Shown here: positions 12,456 to 25,833 of the stretch, piece by piece
How the letters are laid out: each line of letters opens with the position of its first letter
How positions within the stretch are numbered: position 1 is the first letter of the stretch
Origin: Malacoraja senta
Taxonomy: Eukaryota
Direction: 5' to 3'
NCBI GenBank assembly: GCA_038087875.1
Contig: CM075977.1
Location: forward strand, 161,882,001-161,946,000
Length of the DNA stretch: 64,000 nucleotides
Translations under genes and position numbers: made by a program
The notes under the pieces: generated by a model
What the model was told of the DNA's origin: nothing
Seen by the model: only the letters and a program-made list of their open reading frames with translations
The model's database searches: none

Positions 12456-14861
12456 TGAAAGCAAAAAACACTGCAAGGTCAGACAGCATGAGAGGAAAGA
12501 AAATCAGAGTTAATGTTTGTGTCAAAAACCCTTCTTCAGAATTTTAGTAAATTCTACACATCAAATCGTTAAGCAATTTGACCCAAAGTCACAAAAAAAT
12601 ATATATATATATGAACTTCCCAGCTATTGATTCTGCTGCAGTAAATCTGTAATTTTCATTGGTCAATTTGTGACAATCCAGAGAACTGTTTGTTACTGAA
12701 CCCTAGCAAATCTTTCAAAATTCAATGAATAGACCTTCCTTGGATTTACATGGTTGGTTATTGTAATTTAGATGATCAATCACTTCACTAATAAACCTTG
12801 CATTATTGCCGTACTTCACAAAGGTTGTTATTGGTTTATGAGGAAAACTTACCATGAATAAATGTACTTGTCATCCATCTTTCTACTAGTAATTTATTTT
12901 TGTCTGGGATTATAATTTCCAAATATGATAGTTTACACCTCACACATTTTTGAAGACTGCCATTTCTTTCACTACGTGGATGGGTAGTAGATTCACATTT
13001 CAGACCTCAGTGCAGCACTTGCTACAGCTGTGCAACCTCAAACCTGTAGTCCTCAATCTGACCTCAGACCTTTCAGACTCTTCCATTGCTTTTAACCACT
13101 GGCACTTTAGCTCCTAGCTGGACCAGTTTGGTTCCTGCCCATTCAATGTTACTGTATTCTCAATTGCCAGAATCAGTTTCTGCTTCCGTTCATGCTTTTC
13201 CAATCATTCTCCTTACCAGTTCTTAACTGTTCTGCTTCTTAAGTCTTGCCACAAGCTACCTTCTGAGCAATAGGAGATGAACATTAATCATCAGTACAGT
13301 CTAGAAACTGGAGCACAATTTGGGTTTGTGTAACGTGTTGTTGAATTTGGACTTGGATTAGAACACGTTGGAGATTATTCCTTTGCAAAACCACATTGGA
13401 CCCCAAATTGTACTTGAACATGTGCACTATTATTTCTGCACCTGATATTATTCTCATGCCAGGTAAGGACCAAGTGAAGTCTTTATTGAATAATACTCAT
13501 TTCCACTGCCACCACATAAATTGGAACAGGAAGTTCCGTACTACAACCATTACAAAACAGTCTTGTTTGAAGTCGGAGGATACAATGTTAATTTGCTGTT
13601 TTTTCACTGTTTAAAGGAGCTCACTGGTGAGATTGGGAGATGTGACTGGGTATGACTGCAGGCTGCTCAGGCACCTTCTAAAGTCCACTGTATAGGCTAT
13701 GAATTGCAGGGTGTGATTTTACCAGCAATTAGCAGTTGAAGGTATTCCTTAGGTGCTCAGTGGTGACACTGTTGCACTTCATTATTGGTGATCTAATGTT
13801 GGCTTACAAGAAGCAAAGACACTCTTCAACAAAAAGTTTCTTCAAAAGTATCATATTTTACTCGTCCTTGCTGATGAATAATATAATCTTATGCTCCAAT
13901 TTTGCAAAACTGTTTAAGGCCAGCCATAGTTTCCCATCTGGAGACTGCTCAGTTAATGGAGATCAAAGTCAAATTGCAACTCAACTTCCACAGCCCAGGA
14001 TCTCCAAGTAGCAGATTTCTGCTATGTCTCCCAATTTACTGTTCAAAGCTGCATCAACAAGGAGCATGAGGAAATGACTGTCTGTTTTGATTTCATTGAG
14101 GAACAGGTGGCATCTCAGACAGTGATGCCAGCATTGATGGGTCCCAAGAGTACAGGTATCCATTGACTGCATTTGCACACCTATCAGGCTCACAAGAAGA
14201 CCTTCCTCTTGGTAATCTTCATGTTATAAGTAAGTGTTCATGAAACCTTTGTCCATGAGGAGTCAGCAGTGCTAGTCATTTTCAGTGCCAGCACTGCATG
14301 GATAGGAGGATTCTGTGCTACCTATATTCCTGGCTCCTCGTACAGATGCCTCGACATATCATTAAATTTCTTTCAGAATTGCACCATTGAATGTGGATTC
14401 TTACTCCTAGAGGTCACTACTGTAATTACCACCTTAAAATGGGCTCAAAGTGTCCTGCCCCTCCCCGCCTCCCTCTAAACGAACTTCCCCTTGTTGCATA
14501 TCATCAAATCCCGCTGGATGGCGTTGAGAATTGCCTGCCATTCCATTGTTGCCTCCACAGCAGCCAAAGTCAGCGGTGTTGCCATAAGCAGCATGCCCTT
14601 CCCTTCTCTCAAAGCTGCACAGTCAAGTGTTACGGGATGTACAAAGCTGAGTGAGGCCCCTTAAGGAATTATGCTGGTCTATGTATTAATTATTTCTTGG
14701 TGTAAACCATTCTAACATTGTTTCCAATTGGATTTTGTCCAGTGAGGATGCCTGATTGGATATTAGTGCTGAATGAAAGGCATACTTTAGAGAGCCAAAA
14801 ATAGATTCAATCGAATGTTCAGGCAACTATCTCACAGTTAGTCAGAACTTTCAAAAATTAA

Positions 14862-15410
14862 CAGAAAATGTCAGAAACACTCAGCAGGTCAGGCATCTTC
14901 ATTGGTCGGAGAAAGGGTTAACATTTCAAGTTGAGGACTCTTTATCAGAATAAGTTGTTCGCTCCACAAATGTTTCCTGACCTGATAAATACTTCCAGCT
15001 TTTTTCGATTTTTTTTTTTTTTTTAATTTATCTGTTGACAGGACATGGCTGCTGCCTGCAAGGCCAGCATTTATTCCCTGTCCTTAGCTCCTTTCAAAAA
15101 TCATTGGCCAGCACCTCAAGTCACTGCAGTCCCTCGCATGAAAATACTCTTGCAATGTCTGGGTAGGACGTTCTGGAATTTAGACCCCCTCAATAATAAT
15201 GAGTGACACGAGAAACCCTCAGAGAAAATGCTGGGGGAACATAGCAGGCCGAGCAGGATCTGTGAAGGGAATGAAGAGGTGAGATTTAAGGTCAGGACCC
15301 TTCTTCAGACGCAAGAATGGTCTGAAGAAAAGTCCCGACCCGAAATATCACCTGCCTATTCTCTCCCAAGATGTGGCCTGAACCACTGAGTTACTGCAGC
15401 ACTTTGATTT
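14862..15410. mobile_element. Cluster of two degenerate PLE foldbacks (14862-15003, 15221-15410) and a LINE tail (15025-15190, -)
   Basis: ctcagcaggtcaggc / cctgacctgat arms; gacccttcttcagac / gtctgaagaaaagtcccgacccgaaa arms; ggccagcatttattccctgtcc is the reverse complement of the 4007 tail. Confidence 0.65.
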
Positions 15411-18400
15411 TTTTGTTGTTGCTTTAAATAAGGAGGGAATTGTGATTCATTTCCATCCATACCAATAGTAATGGTCCATATCATTCTTTAACAACGATCT
15501 TTAATGTCTGTGAATGTACACTTGGTTTTGAGGTTACAGAGTAATTATTTTCCTCCAGAAAGCCTTTGATCTTTTTTATTGAGAAAATAAATTAATAATA
15601 AGCAGCTCATAGTCATAATGAACAGCTGATTGGGGCTGGAAAAATAAATTGCTTCTGTCCTCTTCACTAACCATTTGCTGCGCTAACATTCCAAAGCCAC
15701 ACGATTGGGAGGAGCTGAAAACAGATGTTCAAATTCCTTATTAATGACCTTACCATCAAAATTGACGTGTTTTCTTCACCTCTTCGATTCATGCTCATGA
15801 TATCCATTTTTGAAAGTATGAAATTCGCAGTGGTAAAAATGCTGAATGATCAATTAGCATTGTGTTACATATCTGGAGGTGGTTTGGAGGTTCCATGGTA
15901 TTGTTGCAGGTGCATTTTTACAAAGAGACACCGATGTTGGAGGATTATAAAAGGGTCAGACCCATCTGTGTACCCGGAGAATCTTTCTGAATAAGTGCAG
16001 AAGAACTCTTTTGTGACCAAAAGTTACAGTTCTTTCCTGGCACAATTCAGATTCTACATCTTCTGTCCTCCTCCACCACCCTTTCTGCCCATCAACGTTG
16101 AATGTTTTGGCCTGTATTGTCAACATTGAAGGAAAACTAGAATTACATTTCTCCAGCTTGGAATCTCAATCAGAAAGAGAAACTGAGGCCTAAAATGTAG
16201 ACGATTCCAGCAGTTCGCATTTCAAGATATTTCCTGTTTGGCAGCAAAGGGATTTTTGTTTTGTATTAAAATGGATGTAATCCTACAATATTACATTACA
16301 GTTACATGCTATTCATTTTCATGGTGTACAAACATGGCATGCACACACTTCCCCTGCCTTCCTCATCAGGCCACTACTGATGAGCAAGTTTGATTCCAGG
16401 TCCACTGTGGCCACCAGGGATTCAAACTTTGGGATTCTCTGCACTGATTTTATTTCATTGGAAGTTTGTTTTCTGTTTATTTGCATGAAGGCTATTCTTC
16501 TCACCTTGGTAACATGCACATCACTGTTTTAACAGAACATATGAGCAAACATGCCAAAATAATAAGCGACCATTTACATCATTATTCCCCAACCTCTGCA
16601 GTTGTATAGCTAGAAACTGAATAATTCTGCAGCTCATTAAGTCAGGATTGCCGGAACTAGTTTTGAGAATAGTTTACACAAAACTTTTAGTACATGTATT
16701 GCAAACTTAAAAAAATTAGATGATTGAAACCTCAGAGGTTCGATCATCATCTAATTTCTTAACATTTTATTACACATTGAATTGTACTTTCAATAAAATA
16801 AGATATAATCTGGCTCCAGAAATAAATTTACTTTGAGAAACACCTCTTCCCTTTAGCATTGAAAATTAACAATGAGTGGGAAGCTAAGCTGTGGTGCATA
16901 CTGCTGCACAATGCAATGCGATGTGGCACCAGCTAGTGCAGCAGAGGCTATCTTTCATCTGCTGCATTAACCTGTCATAAGAATGTTTTGCTTGACCTTG
17001 ATAGCAATAGTAGCATATTTATGGGAGGAAAAAAGCTATAGATCAAGGCTGCCACTTTCCCTTGGAAACAATGTCATACTTATACTTGTATGTATGTGTA
17101 GAATGTAGAACGTGAAATATAAACATGGAATGTCAGACATGGATGGATAGCAAACGAGTTGTTATGTGTCCAGGTTTTCAATGATCTAAGCTCTTTGTAC
17201 TGAAATAATATATTTATATGGCATTGCAGTAAATCGTTAACCTTATCATGGAAATGAAATGCTAAAAGTCTGTTTCCCTACCCTTCTGTTATCATTGAGC
17301 AGAGATTCATATATTATTTCACAGGATTATTTCTGATCTGCTGTATTGAATAAGAGTTCAGTTAAGGCTGTTATTAATTATAAATGTGCACCCTTTTAAA
17401 AGGGTCAATACGGCATTCACTGGGAAATGCATGTTCTCGCTCACTGTGACAACTGCTTCATGGGTTTCAGAGAAATGAAAACAAAATTCTCTGAGCTCTA
17501 TGTCATGTGACTACTGCAGCATCAAGGTGGCAGCCTATGTGATGTCATTGCACCAAACAGAGTGTGTTTTACAATTCAGTAACGGGGCTACATGTTTCTC
17601 TCACTTTTAGTGTTAATGAAGAGTTAGTATGAGCATTGAGGGGAGAAAAGAGTGCATTCTCTAAAATCCAAGCTCTCCCTAGATTTATTGTGCAATCATT
17701 ATAATCCAAATAATTTATTTTTTTCAGCAATTCTATATCAAATTTGAGAGCAACAGTTGGTGCATCGGTGATCTTTACCTCAATATTTTTGGCATACTAA
17801 ATAAATGGCATAATGGGGTAGGACCAGGATGAATGGCTGTGATATCACAGAAGCATTAGCCATTAGTTTCAATGAAGGCTGTCTGAGTATTCACAGTAGC
17901 TGAGTAGATGATCCTTAACCACACCATAAGAAATAGTCACTATGGAGTTTGTGTAGATATTGTAGCATTTTTCTGTGAACACTAGGCGGAAATGTAAACC
18001 CCTTATTTTTAAATGGGTTTGCGATAAAGTGGCTAGCAACAACAAAAGTTTGTATTCATATAGTTAATATAGAAAATGTCTCAAGGTGCCAAACTACATA
18101 TGACAATTGGGCAGAGGAGCAAACATTTGGTCACTGGTAAGATACAAGGAATGTATTGGAAGAAATATACATTGAGCAGCTATGAGATGAACTTTTCAAA
18201 ATTGGGAACTGAAAGCAGAGCCATCAGTGGTGGAACAGAAGTGATGAGTAAAGATCTCTGGTTGGGACATGGACACCAGTTCTGCATGGCCTCATATTTC
18301 CATGTAGTAGCACGAGAGAATGGTAGAAATGTATTAGAGTAGGGGCAGAGAAATCCTTCTATAATATGTTGCAGGTTGGAGAGTCCAATTGCTCCCTGGG

Positions 18401-19294
18401 CTAACACACATGCCAGCTATTGATTACTATGTGTCAATGAATGCATTAACACTAATAGAGGAATTCCTGGAATTGCCCGTGAGGATTATTAACGTTAGTA
18501 CACAACTCTACACTTCAATATTTTAGTCTTACTAAGAAACCAATTAAAGGTGATTGTAACATTATATTTGGGATAATGTTCTATTGCAAATCGTTTAGTG
18601 ATTTTTCTTTCTCATGCAGTCAAGCATGAGGTTAGCCACACATCACTGCTCGGTGTGGATACTCACTTCTGAGGTGTGGAATCAGCCAACTCCTGGACCT
18701 GTGGATGGTAGAGGAAGGAAATTTGATTCAGCACGGTCCCAAAATTAACCTGCAGTATGACAGTGGGAAGAGCCCTGACACTGCATTCCAGCTCATCTTT
18801 GGTCCACATAAAGATTGTTAAGTTCTTCCCAGGCAATTTTCTGAGGTGTATTTAACGGTTTATTTTCCTAAACATTGGTGTTACTGCCTCCACCTGATAC
18901 AAATAGGAAGAATATTTTCTGCATACCCTATGCTAACATCCAGGCAGGATAGGAGATTATTTTGTAAACCCAAGCAGGTTCTGATCTGGAGGACAGACCT
19001 TGCTGATAGTTTATGTCAGCGATGCCATGGAGGATGTGTATTTCCCTGTGATGCTAACATCCCATCCAGCACCACAATTATTCAAAATAATCAGAGAAAT
19101 GTACAGTTGAAAATCAAAACTCTTTCCCCAAAAGAGATTCCTTGATGCAGCTGTTAATTTGGGTGTGATATTATTTGGGTGTAATGATTCAAAGCCACAT
19201 TGCAACTTCTGCACACAGAGGACCCGAGAAGTTCATTTTGCAGAAAATTGAAGTATGCTCATTACAGGTGACAAGCTAATTTGGTTATTTAAAT

Positions 19295-19536
19295 GCGTAA
19301 GAAGGAACTGCAGATGCTGGTTTACACCAAAGATAGACACAAAATGCTTGAGTAAGTCAGCAGGTCAGGCAGCATCTCTGGAGAAAAGGAATAGGTGATG
19401 TTTTGGGTCAAGACCCTTCTTTAGACCGAAGACCTTCTTCAGTTTGAGGACGGGAATCGCTCCGAAACGTCACAGATTACTTTTCTCTAGAGATGCTGCC
19501 TGACCTGCTGAGTTACTCCAGTATTTTGTATCTATC
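19295..19536. mobile_element. PLE-derived palindromic element with TSD
   Basis: Inverted arms. ttt(g/t)gttatttaaat is duplicated at 19280-19294 and 19537-19551. Confidence 0.85.
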
Positions 19537-19867
19537 TTTTGTTATTTAAATCATGGTCTAGCCAATTGGAAGACCCCTTATCAGGACCACTATATGAGTG
19601 ATGCTTAACAGCAACTTGCATTTGAAATACATGACATGTGGAGTATAAGCTGAATCATGCTGTTTCCATTAGGGTTTCTGTAAACTGTCTCTATGACCAA
19701 GGTACAAATTTACCTGTCACTTTGATGTCTTCTGTTAAACTCAGCTTAAATCGAACAATGGCGCCTGATCATGTTGGGTCTCCCAGCATTACACTGTAGA
19801 ATCTACCACACTGCTATTCTCCCAGTCAGTTGTGGCATAGGATTGGGGTCCACTTTCATTTGCATAA

Positions 19868-21810
19868 AACATATAACATAGAACAATACAGCACAGGTAT
19901 TTGCCCTTCACCCACAATGTCTGTGCCAAACATAATGCCAAATTAATCTAATCTCTTCTGCCTGCAAGTGATCCATATCCCTCCATTCCTTGTATACATC
20001 TATCTAAAATCCCCTTTATCGATATTGTATCCCCTTCCACCACAACCTCTAGCAGCACTTTCCAGATACCTTCCACTTTGTCTAAAAAACGTTGTCCCAC
20101 ACATCTCCTTTAAACTTTGTCCCTCAGACCCTAAAGCTGTGTCCTCTAGTCTTTTCCATCCTGGGACTAGGTTCTGACTGACTACGCTATCTACAACGCT
20201 AATTATTTTATGAACTTCTGTCAGATTTCCCCTCGGCTTCCAATGCTCGATAGAAAATAATCCTCCAAGCTTGTCTCCTTATAACTAATATTCTCTAATC
20301 CAGACAACATCCTGGTAAACCTCTTCCCCTCAAAACCCTCCACATCTTTCTTGTATTGGGGAAACTTGAACGCCAATCAACACTCCAAATGCAGCCTAAG
20401 CAAGGTCTATAAATTTGCAACATGACTTCCTAACCCTTAACTCAATGCCCCCTCTGCTGAAGGTGAGCATACCTTCTCACACCTTTGTCACCACTCTTTG
20501 TGTTGCTACTTTCAGAGAGCTAATGGCTGACCCCAAAATCCCTCTATATATCTATGCTATTAAGGGTTCTGCCATTAACAGTATACATTCCCTTTACTTT
20601 TGACTTTCCAAAGTGCAACACCTCACACTTGCCTGGATTAAACTCCATTTCCCATTTCTCCACCCATATCTGTAACTGATCTATACCATGCTGGATCCCT
20701 TGCCAGTCTTGTTTACTGTTTGCAATTCCACCAATTTCTGCATCATCTGCAAATGTACCAACCAACCAATCTATATTTTCATACAAACAACAGAGATCCA
20801 AGCACTGATCCCTGTGGAACACCACTGGTCACACACCTTCTGCCAGAATAATACCCTTCTACCACTACCCTCTGACTTCTGATTTCTAAAGATAAGCCAA
20901 TTAACGTGGATCCTATGTATCATAATCTTCTGGATCAGCCTACCATGAGGGACTTTGTTAAATGCTTTTCTATAATCCATGTAGCAAACATTCAACTTCA
21001 TTATTCATCTTCATCACCCCCTCAAACTCAATCAATTTTGTAAATTGTAACCTGCTACGGACAATGCCATGGTGACTGACACTAGTTAGCCGAATCTCTT
21101 CCAAATGTGAATAAATCCTATCCCTACGAATCCTCCCCAAGAGCTTCCCGATCTGTGATTGAGGCTCACCAGGCTATAATTTCCTGGTTTATGGTTCCTG
21201 GTCTACTTCCCTTCTTAAACAAAGGAACAACACTGGCCACTCTCCATTTCTCTAGGATCTCACCTGCGGCTGGAGAGGATACAAAAGTCTTTGTCAAGGC
21301 CTCTGCTATCTCCTCTCAATAACCTGGAATAGATCCCACCAGACCCTGGGGATTTATCCACCTTAATGCCCTTCAAGAGACCCAACACCGTTTCCTTCTT
21401 GCCTTCGAACTGCCCTAGCATATTAACATAATGTTGCCACTATCCTCCATTTACTTCTCCTGAGCGAATACTGATGTAAAATACTCCTTTGGTATGCCCC
21501 TACATTCTCTGAGTCCAAGCATAAGCTCCCTCCTTTATCCTTGCGTGATCCTATGATCTCCCTAGTTACTCTTTTGTTTTTAATGTACGTACTGTATAAA
21601 AAAGCCTTGAGATCTCTTTGATCTGATTGACCAATAACATTTCATGGGCCTTTCTGGCCTGGCTAATTCCCTGCTTGAGTTCTTTGCTGTTTTCTATATA
21701 TTCCTCAATAGCCCTATCTGATTTCAACATCCTAAATCTTGCATTTGTGTCCTTTTCAGCCCCCTCTGATAATTTCTCCCTTCTTCTTACTGGAACATGC
21801 AGGTCCTGAG
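19868..21810 (-). mobile_element. CR1 LINE, degraded ORF2 (RT) and 3' end
   Basis: Minus-strand peptides YMDYRKAFNKVPHGRL, FADDAEIGG and WEMEFNPGKCEVLHFG, with many frameshifts. Confidence 0.9.
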
Positions 21811-23213
21811 GTTCCTGGCCTAGAGATTAGGAAGAGGCTACTTTGCTTGATGAATTTAACACTTTAAATCATTTTCTATAGATTGTTTTGAAACTATTGT
21901 GAGGCCTTGATAGCTTAGATACAAGGTGAGGCTATGTTGCAGGCTTCGGCTATTGTTGAAGGTTGTCAGGCCATCCTGGGCTGGGCATTAGTGGTTTGCT
22001 GCTGAAGCTTAGCCCACCTCACTGGATCGCTCCTCGATGCAATAAGTTGGCTATATCTGGTCAAGGTCAGTGTGGGCAGACAGTGAACCCAGGCAGCAGG
22101 GTGAATCATATTAGATTTGGCCTAGTATTCCAGAGTTCAATAAAATGTATAAAAATAAGCTGTCAGGAAAGATGGTCAGAGAGACACGAAGAAGGCCGAA
22201 GTAAAGAAGATTATATCAATGGACTGGAGTGTGGAAGAGCGTTGCAAGGTGAGCAGATTAGACAGGGTGAAGGAAATGGCTGTAAACTGAGAAGCAGACA
22301 TGGAGAGCAGACTGGGCAGCAGAAGGTGTTTGCACAGCTGAAAATCACATCGCCCTTGATGAATTAGAATATCCAAACGGGAAACCACAAAGCAATAGCA
22401 ACACAATGCTGATAGTACGAATAAAAGTAACATTCAACTTCATCCACAGGCTGTTTTCAGGCAACAGCAGGAGTTGGCAAGGATCATCCAGCTTGCATCT
22501 CCCTGCAGCATAACCAAGGTCACAGATGTTCTATTTCAAAGTGCTGCTGACTGCATTACATTCAGCACTGGGAGCACTGCAGCAGCAGAAGGGCACACAG
22601 GCTTTCTTCCTCTTCCACGATTATCCTTTAAGATAGCACAATTACTGCAAAGTTTTGGTGCCTTAGTGCATGTTTCTGAGCAATGTAGATGTAGTGAGTT
22701 TAACACAAGATGCTACTTTTGTGCTAACTTAGTGTTTCATTTATCTTTTATCATTCCTCCTGCTACTGGAAGGATATGGTCATCAGGGTTTCCTCCAGGG
22801 AGTTGCTGATGATTTGTTTCTAATTCAGCAGGCTGTGTGCCATGACATATTGCAGAGAAATTAGAGGAGGCAGGTGTGTCTCTGTGTCTGCGTGCAGTCA
22901 GAGGGAGAGAGAAAAACAAATTGAGTTGCTGTTTGATAAAACAGTTTTGTGCAGATATGATTTTATTTCTTATTAAGACAAAAATAAAGATCTTGATTCA
23001 AAGATCTAGAAACTGCTGAAGGATCTGATTTGGATGGACATAGTGAGAATGGCCCTGTTGTTTAATTTACACCTGTGGTCATGCCCTATACCTAAAGGCA
23101 TAGAGTCATACAGCGTGGAAACAGGCCCTTCGGCTCAACTAAACCACACCAAACAAAAGGTCCCATATACTCTGGTCCACCTGCCTGCGTTTGGCTCATA
23201 TCCTTCAAAACCT

Positions 23214-23559
23214 ACCCCTCTCACCCTGGCCACAAACTCTTTGAATCACTTCCCTCTGGAAGGCGACTCCAGATTGTCAAAGCTGCCACAGCCAGACATG
23301 AAAACAGTTTTTATCTACGAGTAGTTGTCTACTCAACAGCCAAAAATCTGTAGCCTCCCTTTGATCTGGTATTTTGTTGGTTCACATGCTTGATCAATGG
23401 TGTTTTATCATTAATGTTTTATTATTATTAATGTTTAGTGTTTTCTGAGTCATTCGTAACTGTCATTGTATGTCATGTTGTTACTTGTGGGCGGAGCACC
23501 AAGGCAAATTCCTTGTATGTGAATACTTGGCCAATTAACTTACTTACTTACTTACTTAC
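23214..23559 (+). mobile_element. Rex1/Babar-like LINE 3' end with (CTTA)n tail, inserted in a CR1/HER1 tail (23098-23586, -)
   Basis: Translates PSHPGHKLFESLPSGRRLQIVKAATARHENSF and ends in acttacttactta. The host tail resumes at atccatttacctgtc. Confidence 0.8.
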
Positions 23560-23854
23560 TATCCATTTACCTGTCTAAATGTTTCATACCTGGCTAAACA
23601 TTTGGCTAAACCAGGGTATATTCATTTATTGGAACAGAAAGCAAGCTGCTGGAGGAATTCAGTGGGTTGAGTAGCAACTTTGGGTGATAGGATATTTCGG
23701 GCTAAGACCTTGCGTCAGGAAAATTCTTGATTTGCTAAGTTGAAATGAGATAGATTCAACCCATCTCTCACCCACAGCCTATCTGGAGGAATACAATAAG
23801 TTCAGTAAAAATAGCCAAAATTTGGAACCAGAAGGAGAGTCTTCCCTTTTGGAG

Positions 23855-24088
23855 TTAGTTATCGAGCGATACAGGATAGAAACAAGTTCTCCAGCCCAAC
23901 TCATCCATGCCGACCAAGTTACCTGCTGAGTTAGTCCCACTTGCCTCTACCTGTCCCATTTGATTTCCCCATATCTCTCCAAACCCTTCCCATCCATGTA
24001 CCTGTATAAGTGTCTTTAAATGTAATTGTACCCACCTCTATCACTTCCTCTGGCAGCTCAGTCCATGTACGCACCACCTCTCTGTGTT
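23855..24088 (-). mobile_element. CR1/HER1-like 3' tail
   Basis: ccatgccgaccaag...tagtcccacttgcc...cccatccatgtacctgt...cttcctctggcagctc, the reverse complement of a CR1 3' end. Confidence 0.7.
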
Positions 24089-24819
24089 TCCTGAGATTTC
24101 TCCATATTTGGTCAAATTATATTGTTTAAATTATATGTCGCGGTGACATTCACGAAAAGCATTTCCAGATGTGTTTCTTCATAAAATATAAAAATGTGAA
24201 GGTCAGTTCCATAAGATTTTTTTGTTTGTTTTTTCAGGTAGCAGGTATTATTTTGGACTGTAACATGGCTGAGGGTGTGATTTGAACTAAGCTGTTTATG
24301 CTTCGATAATTGATTTGTAGCTTTGAAGTGGGCAAGGCTGACTGAAGATGTCACGATCGCATCAATCTGTTCGTATGTTGGCCTGTCATGGAGCTTTTAA
24401 AGATCTCAGCCTGAATCTGGAAAAGGATTTGGTACATTGTGTTTCTTTCTGATCTGGTCAGGTACCATAATGGCAATTTTAGGGCAACACCGTTTTTGGT
24501 CAAGCCTGTTAATTGTTCCATGGTGAACTCCTCATGTGAACTTCTCCATTTTTGTGTATTTGTGAAGGAGAGAAAACATGGATAACTGAGGTTTCAAAGA
24601 CATGTAAAAACACAGCAGTAGTCTGCACTATCCAGCAGATTGTGAGCCTCTGCAAACAGGCTGCAAAGTTCTGACTTTAGGAAGAGGGCTCATTTAGGTT
24701 GTGATTTCCAAAAATGTTTGACTGAGTTGTCCTATACCCTAAAAATTTTGAAGGCAGGGCAGACTTGAGGGGTCAATGGGCTCACTCACACATCTGCTTC
24801 TTATGTTCTTATGTATCCA

Positions 24820-25833
24820 CTAGACAAAGTGGGACCCGTTAGGTCCCAGTCACACGGGAGGCCTGGTCCCCCAACGCAACCCATTCCCTAACGTAATATT
24901 CCACCACTCACCCGTTCCCCCAATGCAATATTCCACCACACACCTACAGCCCCTAACTGCGCAGGCATGGCTCATTTCGTGTGTTGGGAGGGGGTGTGTG
25001 TGTTGGGGGGGGGTTGTGGGGGGAAGGGGTTGTGTGGGCGGGGGTTTTGTGGTGGGGGTGGGGTGTGGGTGGGGGAGGGGTGTGTGGGTGGGGGGAGGGG
25101 TTGTGAGGACGGGGGGGTTGTGGGGGCGGGGGTTGTGGTGGCAGGGGGAGTTGTGGGGTTAGGCGAGGTTGTGGGGGCAGGGGGGTTTGTGGGGGCGGGG
25201 GGTTGTGGGGGTAGGGGGGTTATGGGGGCAGGGGTGGTTGTGAGGGTGGGGGCAGGAGGATTGTGGGGGCGTGAGCAGGGGGAGTTATGGGGGAGGGGGT
25301 GTGTGTGCAGGGGGGAGTTGTGGGGGGAGAGGGGGAGAGTGAGCTCGGAGAAAGGACGGGGAAGAGCCATGGGCGAGAGGGGGGAATCATGGGGGAGGGG
25401 GGAGGAGCAGCCAGCGAGGGGGACCAGAGGGGTAGTGGCTGGAATTGGTGGTGCGATGGGGATTCACAGCGGGCACTGGTCGCTGGTCGTTCTCCGCCGG
25501 GATCATAGACTCCGCTTTCGATTTGGCGACATCGGCGACATCTCCGACTCCGGGCTGGGTCTCCGACACTGCTTGACGCTGGGCTGCTCGGCGCTGGGCT
25601 GCTCGGGGCTCGGCTAGGCTGCTCGGGGCTGGGCTGCTTCGGGTCCCTCCGAAAATTGTGTCCGTTTGGAAACCTCCGCCGGCCATCCTCAGCTCCAGTA
25701 AAGACGCGATGGTACAGGAAGGGGTGGACTGTCCCGGTGAGTGACAGGGCGATCATAGCGCTATCGCAAACCGTTTTTGCGCAAATAGGAAGACCGCACA
25801 AACCGGAAGATTTGTGTAAATTATTATGTATAG
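24820..25833 (-). mobile_element. Non-autonomous Helitron-like element with a G-rich low-complexity core
   Basis: A|CTAG terminus at 24819-24823 (CTAG|T on minus) with hairpin TGGGACC-cgtta-GGTCCCA at 24830-24848. No TIRs or TSD. The other end (tatgtatag) abuts a CR1. Confidence 0.6.
24985..25440 (+). repeat. G-rich low-complexity tract (GGGGTTGT-like units) with G-quadruplex potential
   Basis: Dozens of G4-G8 runs separated by short linkers. Confidence 0.9.

Noticed and set aside
13990-14200. Possible Deu-domain SINE remnant; similar faint L2/Deu-like debris near 6640, 12990, 18040, 54200 and 61430
   Set aside because: Similarity is too degraded to assign a family or boundaries by eye.
16505-16523. 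19-nt minus-strand mini-exon candidate
   Set aside because: Poor pyrimidine tract and not frame-preserving; such pairs are expected by chance in 64 kb.
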